A stretch of 64,000 bases of DNA from Bdellovibrionales bacterium (GTDB taxonomy: Bacteria; Bdellovibrionota; UBA1018; CAIMNF01): contig CANNBJ010000004.1 in assembly GCA_947502835.1 (NCBI GenBank), positions 295,669-359,668 of the forward strand, read 5' to 3'. Under the pieces are notes generated by a model. The model had not been told where the DNA came from. It saw nothing but the letters and a program-made list of their open reading frames with translations, and made no database searches. Below, piece by piece: positions 29,749-39,218 of the stretch (the first letter of the stretch is position 1; each line of letters starts with the position of its first letter). Made by a program: the position numbers and the translations under genes.

Positions 29749-31098
29749 TTGAAAAAAGCGTTCATCCTCGACACCAATGTTCTGCTGTTTGATCCACTGG
29801 CGATTTACAAGCTCGGAGCAAATGATGTGATCATCCCGATTGTGGTGATCGAGGAGATCGACCGATTCAAGCGCGAGATGAGTGAAAATGGTCGTCACGC
29901 CCGGCATTTTTCGCGCCTGATCGATGAGATGAGAAAAACCGGAGAGCTCTCCAAAGGCGTGAAGCTACCGAATGGTGGTCAGCTCACTGTTGAACTCGGT
30001 GGCGGCGACATTCCTCTACCTTCAGAGCTCGGAATGGACAAGGCCGACAACAAGATCCTGGGCCTGGCCCTCATGCTGAAAAAAGAACAGCCAAGGCGCC
30101 CGATCCTGTTCCTCACAAAGGACGCAAACCTTCGGATCAAGGCCGATGCGCTTGGAATTGTGGCGGAAGATTATGAGCCCTCAAATGTCGAGCCAGAGCA
30201 GCTCTACACCGGCTCCTCCACAATCAAGGTCGATCCGAGTCTTGTGGATGAATTTTACGCAAACAAGCGATTGCCGTTCTCGGAGCGGATTTTCGAACAC
30301 GAAAAAGAAATCGCAAAAACCCTGTATCCGAACCAGTATGTGATTCTGAAGGATTATGCGAATCCCACGCACACCGCGATGGGGCGTTTTTCAAAGGAGC
30401 TTGAGTCGATCGTGCCGCTCGTGAAGCCGCCCGAAGGCCTTTGGGGGATTTTCCCGAAGAACGCGGAGCAGGCATTTGCGGTTGATGCGCTTCTCAATGA
30501 CGAAGTGAAACTTGTGAGCCTTCTCGGAAAGGCCGGTACAGGAAAGACCCTGTTTGCGATCGCGGCAGGTCTTGTAAAAACCGTGGATGAGGGAGTGTAT
30601 CACCGTTTGCTGGTATCAAGGCCCGTGTTTCCTCTCGGAAAGGACATCGGATTTTTGCCTGGAACGGTCGAAGAGAAGCTCAACCCATGGATGCAGCCCA
30701 TCTATGACAACGTGGACTTCTTGTTCGGTTCCTCTGCAAACCGCAACCGTCGGGGAGCGGGGAAGGGGGCGCAGGAACTCATGAATCAAGGACTTCTGCA
30801 AATCGAGCCGCTCACCTACATCCGGGGTCGTACGATTCCACAGCAGTATTTGATTGTGGATGAGTCGCAGAACCTGACTCCGCATGAAATCAAAACCATC
30901 ATCACCCGAGCCGGTGATGATACGAAGATCGTGCTCACCGGGGACTCGTATCAGATCGATAATCCTTATGTGGATGCAGCCAACAACGGGCTAGTGTACC
31001 TTGTGGACCGATTCAAGGATCAGTCGATTTCTGCGCACGTGACTTTCGTGAAGGGTGAGCGATCGAAGCTCTCTGAGCTTGCGAGTAATCTTTTGTAA
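29749..31098 (+). CDS. PhoH2-type protein (N-terminal PIN domain fused to a PhoH-like ATPase)
   Basis: PIN-like N-terminus FILDTNVLLFDP...IPIVVIEEID. PhoH Walker A LLGKAGTGKT. C-terminal YIRGRT and DESQNLTPHE motifs. Confidence 0.75.
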   Translation: MKKAFILDTNVLLFDPLAIYKLGANDVIIPIVVIEEIDRFKREMSENGRHARHFSRLIDEMRKTGELSKGVKLPNGGQLTVELGGGDIPLPSELGMDKADNKILGLALMLKKEQPRRPILFLTKDANLRIKADALGIVAEDYEPSNVEPEQLYTGSSTIKVDPSLVDEFYANKRLPFSERIFEHEKEIAKTLYPNQYVILKDYANPTHTAMGRFSKELESIVPLVKPPEGLWGIFPKNAEQAFAVDALLNDEVKLVSLLGKAGTGKTLFAIAAGLVKTVDEGVYHRLLVSRPVFPLGKDIGFLPGTVEEKLNPWMQPIYDNVDFLFGSSANRNRRGAGKGAQELMNQGLLQIEPLTYIRGRTIPQQYLIVDESQNLTPHEIKTIITRAGDDTKIVLTGDSYQIDNPYVDAANNGLVYLVDRFKDQSISAHVTFVKGERSKLSELASNLL

Positions 31099-31212
31099 GC
31101 GAGTTCGCTCACGGGTTTGCCAGAAACGGTTCAGACGGGATGAACAGATGAAGGTGCCGTTTGTCGTATTTTTGCTCGTTCAAGGTTTGATCATCAGCGA
31201 GGCAGTCCCGGT

Positions 31213-31530
31213 TCAGGTGAAGAACGGCTTGTTGTTGAGCTCGATTTCGTGCTCGAGATGCCGGCGGTAGGAGCTTGCCAGTAAGCGGAGTTCGTCGGTC
31301 TCTGCACTTGTTTCGAGTGCTCGGAAGAGAATCTTTCCCCGGACCATCATGGTGAGGCTCAGATTGTCTTTTTTGGAACGTTCCTCTTGAAAGCGAACCA
31401 TCTCTTCCAGGAGTTCCATTTTATTCATTCGGTTGATGAGAATTTGATAGTAGGGGTCATGACGAGCCATTCCCCTCTTGTTCCGTTCAGCGACTAAATC
31501 GATTAGAGTCCCGCCGTCCTCGCTCGCCAT
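31213..31530 (-). CDS. small hypothetical protein (105 aa) in an AT-rich segment
   Basis: ORF only; helical, charged composition. Confidence 0.3.
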   Translation of the reverse strand: MASEDGGTLIDLVAERNKRGMARHDPYYQILINRMNKMELLEEMVRFQEERSKKDNLSLTMMVRGKILFRALETSAETDELRLLASSYRRHLEHEIELNNKPFFT

Positions 31531-31706
31531 CCAATGAGATTGATTTCAATTGTTGTGCCATTGACTTGACGCGTCTAAATTAAATTTATTTCCTATGAAA
31601 TACATGAGTTTGCCGTTTTTCTAGGTCGGCACCTTATTTGACCGATGTATTTCGTACAAGAAAGTTTTACGTGAGTTGTCTTAGGTTGGGACGGTTTAGG
31701 ATGAGC

Positions 31707-32642
31707 TCAAAGTTCTACCCTGATCCCCAAGTTCGCACTGAAGCGGTTGAAGTCAGGGGTGGTCCTGTACTGATAGCCTTCGTTCCCCGAATCGGAGCTG
31801 ATGATCGTCATTTCTGGAATATCGAGATAAGTGAATCCAGCCTGAAGGTCCAGAAGGATATGAGGGATGATTTCAAAGAGTATTCCTCCCCCGACGGTGA
31901 TCGCGAGTCCTGTGCCTCTTTGTTTTTGTTCAGTCGCCAAGTCGAAATTATTAAATGATGCAGTTACTACGCTATATCCAACCGCAAGACGGGTGATGGG
32001 TCTGAGCTTGTTTTGGCCAAGGATTGCCTGCAATCCCAAGGAATATGAGTCCATCTGAAAGGTGCCCAGTCCTCGATACACCTGCTCTCCCAATGGCCAA
32101 GAACTATTGAGATTGAATGCGTAATCCTGATCTGCGAGTTCACGATTGAAGGATAGATAAATCCCGTAAGTCTTATTCAGCGTATATCCAAGTGTTCCCT
32201 CGTAGCCCATCTTGGATTTGAAGTCCGTTCCCGTTTGGGTTCCCACGTTGACCCCGGCTAATGAGAGGTTCTCACTAAATCCACGGGCTTGACGGCCTGT
32301 CACGTAGGAGAATCCTCCGCGAAATCCGAAAAAGACTTTCTTGCGGTTGATGACCTCCTCGTCGGTGGGTTTTCTGACCACCTTTGAGAAGCACGTTCGG
32401 GAGGCGCGATGTTCGACACCCGAAAGTCGAAACACCAGGGTCTCGGGTTTTTCGGGATCGGACTGGGTCACGAAGTTCTTCTTGGAGAATGTATCCCCGG
32501 ATGCAGGAGTCCATTTCACGCCGTCAAATCGCTCGACTCCGCAGTCTTTGGAGCCGTGGAATGTTTTTAGGTCCCCTGAATGAGCGGCTTGAGCAAGTGC
32601 GAGAAAAGACAAGAGAGGGATCAGGGCGATTTTCCAGGGCAC
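31707..32642 (-). CDS. outer-membrane beta-barrel protein (OmpA-N/porin-like)
   Basis: Signal peptide MPWKIALIPLLSFLALAQAAHS. Alternating beta-strand pattern. Aromatic-rich C-terminal strands. Confidence 0.55.
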   Translation of the reverse strand: MPWKIALIPLLSFLALAQAAHSGDLKTFHGSKDCGVERFDGVKWTPASGDTFSKKNFVTQSDPEKPETLVFRLSGVEHRASRTCFSKVVRKPTDEEVINRKKVFFGFRGGFSYVTGRQARGFSENLSLAGVNVGTQTGTDFKSKMGYEGTLGYTLNKTYGIYLSFNRELADQDYAFNLNSSWPLGEQVYRGLGTFQMDSYSLGLQAILGQNKLRPITRLAVGYSVVTASFNNFDLATEQKQRGTGLAITVGGGILFEIIPHILLDLQAGFTYLDIPEMTIISSDSGNEGYQYRTTPDFNRFSANLGIRVEL

Positions 32643-32789
32643 AATTCAATTGAATCGCAAGTTGCCCTCAAAGGGAACACCTGGAGCGAGATTCAGGCCG
32701 GGGCGGGGCAGTTTGATGGTTTTTTGACAGTCTCACGCGAGCTCAACTTTTTTCGCGGCCCTTCCGATCTGTCTTTTGAGGACGTGTCT

Positions 32790-33458
32790 ATGAAGATAAA
32801 AAAGGGACTTTTTATTCTGATCGCAGGGTGGGCGATGACCGGATATCCATCCGCACACGCGGTGATCTTTCCGGATCAGGTCATCACGGGAGAGGATTCG
32901 GAGAACGAGAACGGGGATTCGGTGTCCCGGTTCGGCTCGGATGCAAGACGTGCTGAGAAACAGCGGGAACTCTCGCGGGTGCTTCATCCGATTTCCGAGT
33001 CGAGTTTCGAGAATGCGGGCGGAGGCAGGGCCCCGGCATCCGTCATTGAAGCAAAAGGAATGATGGGCGCACCCAAATCAGCGGTGATCCGAAAGCTCAA
33101 AAAAGACAAGGCGTATCAGGAAGTGGCGGTCATCGCAAACGAGCTCGGATTCTTTCCGTCGACCATCTTTGTGACCGAGGGGGTTGCGGTGCGGATGTTC
33201 ATCACCGGCGCTTCCGCAAAATCGCAGTGTTTCATGCTCGATCCCTTTGAGATCCGCAGGCAGGTGCGGAGTCAGAGGGTGGAGGAGATCGTATTCACTC
33301 CGGAACAAGCCGGGAAATTCACATTTCATTGTCCGATGAACGGGGCTAAGGGAACCCTTGTGGTGCGTGAGCTCGATCTTGGGGAGCGTTCTCCCGCCTC
33401 GGCCGAAGGAAGTGATGAAGGGGTTGCGGAAAACTCGGGAGATTCCCGGAAACAATAA
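32790..33458 (+). CDS. secreted protein, possibly cupredoxin-like; first gene of a secretion-ATPase operon
   Basis: Signal peptide MKIKKGLFILIAGWAMTGYPSAHA. C-terminal FTFHCPMNGAKGTLVV resembles a type-1 copper or CuA-like H-C-x-M ligand set (weak). Stop lies 3 bp before the ATPase start. Confidence 0.45.
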   Translation: MKIKKGLFILIAGWAMTGYPSAHAVIFPDQVITGEDSENENGDSVSRFGSDARRAEKQRELSRVLHPISESSFENAGGGRAPASVIEAKGMMGAPKSAVIRKLKKDKAYQEVAVIANELGFFPSTIFVTEGVAVRMFITGASAKSQCFMLDPFEIRRQVRSQRVEEIVFTPEQAGKFTFHCPMNGAKGTLVVRELDLGERSPASAEGSDEGVAENSGDSRKQ

Positions 33459-33460
33459 GC

Positions 33461-34615
33461 ATGTCAGATCAGAACGGCTCCAGTGTATTTGATGATTCCA
33501 TTGCGACCTTTCTCGGGCCGGTGAAATCCTTTCTTGATGATGACTCCGTGTCGGAAGTCATGATCAACGGGCCGCAGGAGATTTTTGTGGAACGCCGAGG
33601 TCTCATCGAGCGGACGGATGCGAAGTTTCGCGATGAACAGGCGCTTGTCGCTGCGGTCCGGAACATCGCCCAGTTCGTGGGAAGAACCATCGATGAGGAT
33701 CATCCGGTTTTGGATGCCCGTCTTCCGAACGGAAGCCGGGTCTGCGCGGTACTTCCCCCTTGTTCGAGAAAGGGCACAACCATCTCGATCCGGAAATTCT
33801 CAAAAGGGAATCCGAGTTTTGTGGATCTCATCAATCGCGGGTCGATCACGAAGGAAGCCGCCCGGTTCCTCGATGTCTGTATTTTTCTTGCCAAGAACAC
33901 GATCATCTCGGGCGGTACCGGTTCCGGGAAAACCACTCTTTTGAACGTGCTTGGTTCGCGGATTCCGAACAACCAGAGAGTTCTCATCATCGAGGATTCA
34001 TCGGAACTCAAGATCCAGACCGATCACGTGGTGTTCTTTGAGACCAAGCACGGGGATGAAAACGGGCACGGGGCCGTGACCATTCGCGATCTGATCAAGG
34101 CGGCGCTTCGCTTGCGTCCGGACCGGATCGTGGTGGGGGAGGTCCGGGGTGCTGAGGCGCTTGATTTGATTTCGGCCATGAACACGGGGCACGGTGGTTC
34201 CATGGGAACGGCGCATGCGAACACTCCTTACGATGCGCTTGTGCGTCTTGAGACTCTTGCCATGATGGGAGACTCGAATGTTCCACCGGCTGCGATCCGG
34301 CGACAGATCGCGGCGGCCATTCATTTGGTGGTGCAGATCAAGCGACTGGGAGATGGATCAAGGAAGGTGACCCACATCAGTGAGGTGATTCCGGAGGTCG
34401 ACGAATTCGGACGCTACCAGATCCGTGATCTCTTCCGGTTCATCCAGCGGGGTCGTACCCCGGAGGGGAAGATTGTGGGTGAGTTCATCCCGGTCGGGAA
34501 TCTCCCTACCTTCATGAATGAAATTGAAACAAACCGCTTGCCCTTCACTCGGGCCCAATTCGCCGCACCCGAGTGGTATCTCAAGATGAAAGACTCCGAC
34601 AAGAAGGCCGCATGA
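33461..34615 (+). CDS. CpaF/TadA/VirB11-family secretion ATPase (T2SS-E/T4P-type)
   Basis: Walker A IISGGTGSGKTT. Asp/His boxes LIIEDSSELK and HGGSMGTAHAN. N-terminal EVMINGPQEIFVER typical of the CpaF family. Confidence 0.75.
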   Translation: MSDQNGSSVFDDSIATFLGPVKSFLDDDSVSEVMINGPQEIFVERRGLIERTDAKFRDEQALVAAVRNIAQFVGRTIDEDHPVLDARLPNGSRVCAVLPPCSRKGTTISIRKFSKGNPSFVDLINRGSITKEAARFLDVCIFLAKNTIISGGTGSGKTTLLNVLGSRIPNNQRVLIIEDSSELKIQTDHVVFFETKHGDENGHGAVTIRDLIKAALRLRPDRIVVGEVRGAEALDLISAMNTGHGGSMGTAHANTPYDALVRLETLAMMGDSNVPPAAIRRQIAAAIHLVVQIKRLGDGSRKVTHISEVIPEVDEFGRYQIRDLFRFIQRGRTPEGKIVGEFIPVGNLPTFMNEIETNRLPFTRAQFAAPEWYLKMKDSDKKAA

Positions 34616-35526
34616 GGACGGGCTTTCGAAGCAGGGGCTTGATCCAGGCGTTGATCCTGGTTTCATGTGCGTCCGCAGGATTACACTCCGGAGCTGCGCG
34701 AGCAGCCGATGATTCCTGCCCTGGATTCCTGAAGGCACTGGTGAAGAGGGCCAAGACATTCTACTCAAGGCAGGCTGCAGAAGACCTCTCTGATACAGTA
34801 CAGCTTTTTCGCAATCCGAAAACGGGCGAGGAGTTCGAGGTGTGTCTCATGGAACGGGTTGGAACGGGTTCAAGAGGCGCAGTCTACCGGATCGCGTACG
34901 GAACCGATGGGGTCCCGAGAGTGGCCAAGATCCAAAAGAGTTTTCGCTTCCCGATGCTTCCCAAGCACAAGATGGTGATCGAGGAGGGGATTGAAGGGGA
35001 GCTCAAGGTGGCGAGTGCTCTAGCAGAACGCATTTCCGCAATCGAGGCCGCGCCATCCTTTCCTAAACTTGCACCTTGGAAAAAGGGTGCATTTCCTGTG
35101 GTTCCCATCCTCGAAACCCTCGAGGGTCCGGGGGGGCTCGTGCTGATCAAGCCCGAGGTCACGAATCCGGTCAAGGTTGAACAACTGGAACTCTCTGCGG
35201 GAGGACGGCTCAGGCCCGAGGTTGAACAGGGACTGCGGGAAATGTATGCGCTACAGGTGGCGGTGCACGAGGCGGTCAGGTCGATTGACAATGCCGCCGA
35301 GGGAATGTTTCTGGACATCGGGCCAAGCAATCTGTTCTGGGTTCAGGACACGGTGGACCTCAAACGTTTCGGGATGAGTCGGCCCGGATTCCAACTCTTT
35401 GAGGTGGATCAGGGGGGAATCGTTACGGGAAATCCTCCGGTACTGAAACGGAACCACCAGTATTTTCCCACCTTCGCCGAGTACCGGATGGCGGTGATTC
35501 TCCACATCCGGGCATTCCGGAAATAG
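34612..35526 (+). CDS. secreted hypothetical protein, translationally coupled (ATGA overlap) to the CpaF-like ATPase
   Basis: Signal peptide MRTGFRSRGLIQALILVSCASAGLHSGAARA. 304 aa. Confidence 0.5.
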   Translation: MRTGFRSRGLIQALILVSCASAGLHSGAARAADDSCPGFLKALVKRAKTFYSRQAAEDLSDTVQLFRNPKTGEEFEVCLMERVGTGSRGAVYRIAYGTDGVPRVAKIQKSFRFPMLPKHKMVIEEGIEGELKVASALAERISAIEAAPSFPKLAPWKKGAFPVVPILETLEGPGGLVLIKPEVTNPVKVEQLELSAGGRLRPEVEQGLREMYALQVAVHEAVRSIDNAAEGMFLDIGPSNLFWVQDTVDLKRFGMSRPGFQLFEVDQGGIVTGNPPVLKRNHQYFPTFAEYRMAVILHIRAFRK

Positions 35527-35527
35527 A

Positions 35528-35869
35528 TCAGCCCGGAGGCCAATGAAGTGCCCGTCCTGCAAGAAAATGCAGGTGCAGATGGAAAACGGTTTGTCCGCCG
35601 TCCTCATTGCAGTTCATCACAACGCGGTATCCTCGTTCCGCGACCCCGAGTTGCGCGGCGATCTCTATTGCCGCAAGGAACATCTCGCCGATCAGGGGAG
35701 CTGTTTCTCGATCAAGATCATTGATGGTGGGGATCTCCCTCTTGGGAACGATCAGCACATGGTGAGGAGCCTGGGGGTTGATGTCCTGGAAGGCGAGGAC
35801 GGAATCGTTCTCAAATATGATTTTTGCAGGGATTTCCCGATTGATGATCTTTGTAAAAAGGGTTGGCAT
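35528..35869 (-). CDS. HIT-family (histidine triad) nucleotide hydrolase
   Basis: HHVLIVPKREI followed by the HLHLHFLAG histidine triad. Confidence 0.75.
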   Translation of the reverse strand: MPTLFTKIINREIPAKIIFENDSVLAFQDINPQAPHHVLIVPKREIPTINDLDRETAPLIGEMFLAAIEIAAQLGVAERGYRVVMNCNEDGGQTVFHLHLHFLAGRALHWPPG

Positions 35870-35901
35870 GATGCCTGTACTTTGGCTAAGGTGGACCTGT
35901 T

Positions 35902-36261
35902 ATGTCAAAAAAACTTTTCGTGGGAAACCTGCCGTTCGAGGTCAATGATGCCGATCTGTCCACCGTGCTCGCTGTGGCGGGCAAAGTGGTGGAGGCGAAG
36001 GTGATCCTGAACAAAAAGACGGGACGATCCAAGGGCTATGGTTTCGTTGAGATGGAAACTGAGGAGCTGGCTCTTGAGGCGGTGAAGAAGTTCGAGGGAG
36101 CCACCTTGAACGAACGCCCACTGACCGTTCAGGTTGCAACTCCGAAGCAGGAGTCACAGGCAAAAAGTGACGAAGGTTCGACCGAGTCCGAATCGACAGA
36201 ATCCGAATCGACCGGAGCTTCTCCGGCGGGCGATGCTGCCGCCGACACCTCCTCAGCATGA
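35902..36261 (+). CDS. RRM-type RNA-binding protein with an acidic Ser/Glu-repeat tail
   Basis: RNP-2 LFVGNLPFEV and RNP-1 KGYGFVEM. Tail STESESTESEST. Confidence 0.75.
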   Translation: MSKKLFVGNLPFEVNDADLSTVLAVAGKVVEAKVILNKKTGRSKGYGFVEMETEELALEAVKKFEGATLNERPLTVQVATPKQESQAKSDEGSTESESTESESTGASPAGDAAADTSSA

Positions 36262-38165
36262 GTACCGATTGGGGTCAGTTCGGATTCTGCCGGGTTTCGG
36301 CTCTGCTTCCGAAAATCGAGCTTGGAAAGCCATTGCTCAATGCAGATAAAATCCTGTCGCTCCTGATTCGGGAATCAAAGGCCGGCGCGCAGGTCGTCTC
36401 GGCTCCCGAGCTTGCCATCACCGGATACACCTGCGAGGACCTTTTTCATTCGGAAACTCTGATTCGTGAATCCGAGCGTGCAATTCAGAAAATCGTCGAG
36501 GGCTCTCAAGGGCACGCGGGCCTTTGGATCATCGGTGGACCGCTTCGGGTGCAGGATGGGCGGCTTTTCAATGGGGCCTTCGTGATCTCCGAGGGAAAAC
36601 TTCTGGGCTTCAGTCCCAAGATTTTCCTCCCCAACATGGGCGAGTTCTACGAGAGAAGGTGGTTTGTCACCGGACGCACCCTTCATGAGAACGTGACCCA
36701 CCCGGTTTTGGGCAGTTTTTTCGCCTCGCCTCACCAGGTGTTTTCTTCGGGGCCGATGCGTGTCGGTGTCGAGATCTGTCATGACCTCTGGGCACCCGAG
36801 GCGCCGTCCACCGGACTCGCCCTTCGCGGTGCGAATCTGATCGTGAATCTCTCCGCGAGCAACGAGCTGGTGGGCAAGGCCCGCTTCCGCAAGAAGCTTG
36901 TCGAAGTGCAGTCACAGAAGATTCATTGCGCGTACATTTATTCGAGTTGCGGAACGAGCGAGTCGAGCAAGGACACGGTGTTCTCGGGCCACAGCTTCGC
37001 CTATGAACTGGGCAAGCTGATCGGTGAGTCCGAGCCTTTCAGCGAGAATGCAGATTGTTTCACCGTGGACTTTGATTTCGAGCGCATCCTGAACTCCCGA
37101 ACCAAGGACATTTGTTTCCTCGAGGCCGTCGAGCATCAGGAAAAAAAGGCGCTCAAGATCCATGAATTCCAGAAAAACGCGGCAACGCTCACGGATCTAC
37201 GCCGTTTTGTGGACCCGCATCCCTTTTTGAGCGAAATTCCTGATTTCGAGGATGTCCTCAACATTCAGGCGTACGGGCTTCTTCGGCGTGCGGAAAGTGC
37301 CGGGGCGAAGAGTCTTGTGGTCGGTGTCTCCGGAGGTTTGGACTCAACTCTTGCCTTGAAAGTTGCGGATCGTGCCCGTGCCTTGTGCGGGAACAAGTTG
37401 AAACTGATCGGGGTCACGCTCCCGGGGCCCGGCACTTCCGGAAAGACTCTCAATTTTGCCCATTCCTTGCTCGATGAACTCAAAGTGGATCAAAAGATCG
37501 AGGTTTCGATCTCGGAGGCGGTGAAGCAGCACCTGAAGGATCTCGGGAAACCCGAGAGTGATCGAAGCGTGGTGTACGAGAATGCCCAGGCGCGTGAGCG
37601 TACCCAGATTTTGTTTGATCTCGCAAACGAGAGCCAGGGCACGGTCGTTGGCACGGGTGACCTCTCCGAGCTTGCCCTTGGCTGGTGCACCTTCAATGCC
37701 GATCATATGGCCCATTATGCAGTGAACTCGGGAGTTCCAAAAACCGTCGTGCGGGGAATCGTCCAGTACTGGGCCGGGATTGCCGCATCAAGAAATCTCA
37801 AGGCGGTTCTTGAGAAGATCCTTGAATCCCCGATTTCCCCGGAATTGTTGCCGCCCGACGAGAAGGGCGAGATCTCGCAGGAGACGGAGGCCTTGATTGG
37901 ATCCTACGAACTCCATGATTTCTTTTTGTATGGCTTTTTGAGCGGAGGGTTTTCAAAAGAAAAGATCCTGCATCTTGCAAAAGTTGCCTTTGCGGGGGAT
38001 CGCGAGCTCGAGCCCCAGATTGAACGCGCGCACTCGATTTTTTTCGGACGATTCTTCTCGCAGCAATTCAAGCGGACCACGCTTCCTCCCGGTCCGAAGG
38101 TCCATTCTGTTTCGTTATCTCCCCGATCCGACTTCCGGCTCCCGGATGAGCTCAAGTCCTTGTGA
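36258..38165 (+). CDS. nadE: glutamine-dependent NAD+ synthetase (N-terminal CN-hydrolase domain plus C-terminal NAD synthase domain)
   Basis: Nitrilase-like N-domain. PP-loop SGGLDSTL. 635 aa. Confidence 0.8.
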   Translation: MSTDWGQFGFCRVSALLPKIELGKPLLNADKILSLLIRESKAGAQVVSAPELAITGYTCEDLFHSETLIRESERAIQKIVEGSQGHAGLWIIGGPLRVQDGRLFNGAFVISEGKLLGFSPKIFLPNMGEFYERRWFVTGRTLHENVTHPVLGSFFASPHQVFSSGPMRVGVEICHDLWAPEAPSTGLALRGANLIVNLSASNELVGKARFRKKLVEVQSQKIHCAYIYSSCGTSESSKDTVFSGHSFAYELGKLIGESEPFSENADCFTVDFDFERILNSRTKDICFLEAVEHQEKKALKIHEFQKNAATLTDLRRFVDPHPFLSEIPDFEDVLNIQAYGLLRRAESAGAKSLVVGVSGGLDSTLALKVADRARALCGNKLKLIGVTLPGPGTSGKTLNFAHSLLDELKVDQKIEVSISEAVKQHLKDLGKPESDRSVVYENAQARERTQILFDLANESQGTVVGTGDLSELALGWCTFNADHMAHYAVNSGVPKTVVRGIVQYWAGIAASRNLKAVLEKILESPISPELLPPDEKGEISQETEALIGSYELHDFFLYGFLSGGFSKEKILHLAKVAFAGDRELEPQIERAHSIFFGRFFSQQFKRTTLPPGPKVHSVSLSPRSDFRLPDELKSL

Positions 38166-38193
38166 GGCCTGCCCGAAGGAAAGGTTCAATGCC

Positions 38194-39204
38194 ATGTTCA
38201 TGATTCCCCGGTTTCCCGCCACTTCCAAATCCAGATCCCCGAAGCGCATTGCCGTTTTGACGAGCGGAGGGGATGCGCCCGGAATGAATGCCGCAATCAG
38301 GGCGGTGGTTCGAACCACCATTGCTCTCGGCTCGGAGTCCATGGGAATCCAGCGCGGATATGCAGGGCTTCTCGAGGGGCTCGTCCATCCGATGGTGCCG
38401 GCATCTGTTGCGAACATCATCCAGCGGGGTGGAACCATTTTACGCACCTCCCGGTGCCCTGAGTTCATGAAGCCTCAGGGCCGGAAGAAGGCGATTGCCA
38501 TCTTGAAGCAGCACGGAATCGAGGGTCTGGTGGTGATCGGCGGCGATGGAAGTTTTCGGGGAGCGAAGCTTCTGCACGAAGAAAGCGGAATCCCCGTGAT
38601 GGGAATTCCCGGAACCATCGACAATGATATTTCCGGCACAGATGACACAATCGGCTTTGACACTGCGGTGAACACCGGTGTTCAGCTCATTGACAAGATC
38701 CGCGATACGGCTTCATCCCATGACCGGATTTTTCTGGTTGAGGTGATGGGGCGCCATTCGGGAATGATCGCACTCCACACCGGAATCGGGGGAGGAGCGG
38801 AAAGCATCATCGTTCCCGAGGTGAAAACGTCCGTGAAGTCGATTTGCGACAGCATTGAGCGCGGAATCCGGCGTGGAAAAACGAGCAGCATCATCGTGGT
38901 GGCGGAGGGTTGCCAATTCGGCGGCGTGGGCCCGCTTTCCAAAGAGCTTGAGACCCTTGGATATTCCACCAAGGTTGCCATTCTCGGTCACACGCAGCGA
39001 GGGGGGAGCCCCTCAAGCCATGATCGACTCCTCGCTTCGACGCTGGGAGCGGTTTCAGTGCATGCGCTTTTGTCGGGTGTGAAAGAGGGCATGGTGGGGG
39101 TTCAGGGACGCCAAGTGAGCGTTGTGAGCTTCAAGAAGATCACGAGAAAGGCCTCCGAGCTTCCCAAAGAGTTGCTCGAGGTGGCAAAAAATTTGGCTGT
39201 CTGA
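38194..39204 (+). CDS. pfkA: ATP-dependent 6-phosphofructokinase
   Basis: RIAVLTSGGDAPGMNAAIRAVV, GGDGS and MGRHSG motifs. Start chosen at the Met preceded by aggaaagg. ORF track starts at 37975 inside nadE. Confidence 0.8.
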   Translation: MFMIPRFPATSKSRSPKRIAVLTSGGDAPGMNAAIRAVVRTTIALGSESMGIQRGYAGLLEGLVHPMVPASVANIIQRGGTILRTSRCPEFMKPQGRKKAIAILKQHGIEGLVVIGGDGSFRGAKLLHEESGIPVMGIPGTIDNDISGTDDTIGFDTAVNTGVQLIDKIRDTASSHDRIFLVEVMGRHSGMIALHTGIGGGAESIIVPEVKTSVKSICDSIERGIRRGKTSSIIVVAEGCQFGGVGPLSKELETLGYSTKVAILGHTQRGGSPSSHDRLLASTLGAVSVHALLSGVKEGMVGVQGRQVSVVSFKKITRKASELPKELLEVAKNLAV

Positions 39205-39218
39205 ATGCGTCCCCGGAC

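Noticed and set aside
27030-29777. First 43 codons of the SNF2 helicase ORF (start at 29777)
   Set aside because: This would overlap the divergent phoH2 start (29749) on the opposite strand by 29 bp. Internal Met at 29648 precedes the SWIM finger and leaves a ~100-bp divergent promoter region.
27030-31098. SNF2 plus PhoH2 as an anti-phage defence island
   Set aside because: Both families are widespread housekeeping-type genes. No accompanying nuclease/methylase, no compositional anomaly.
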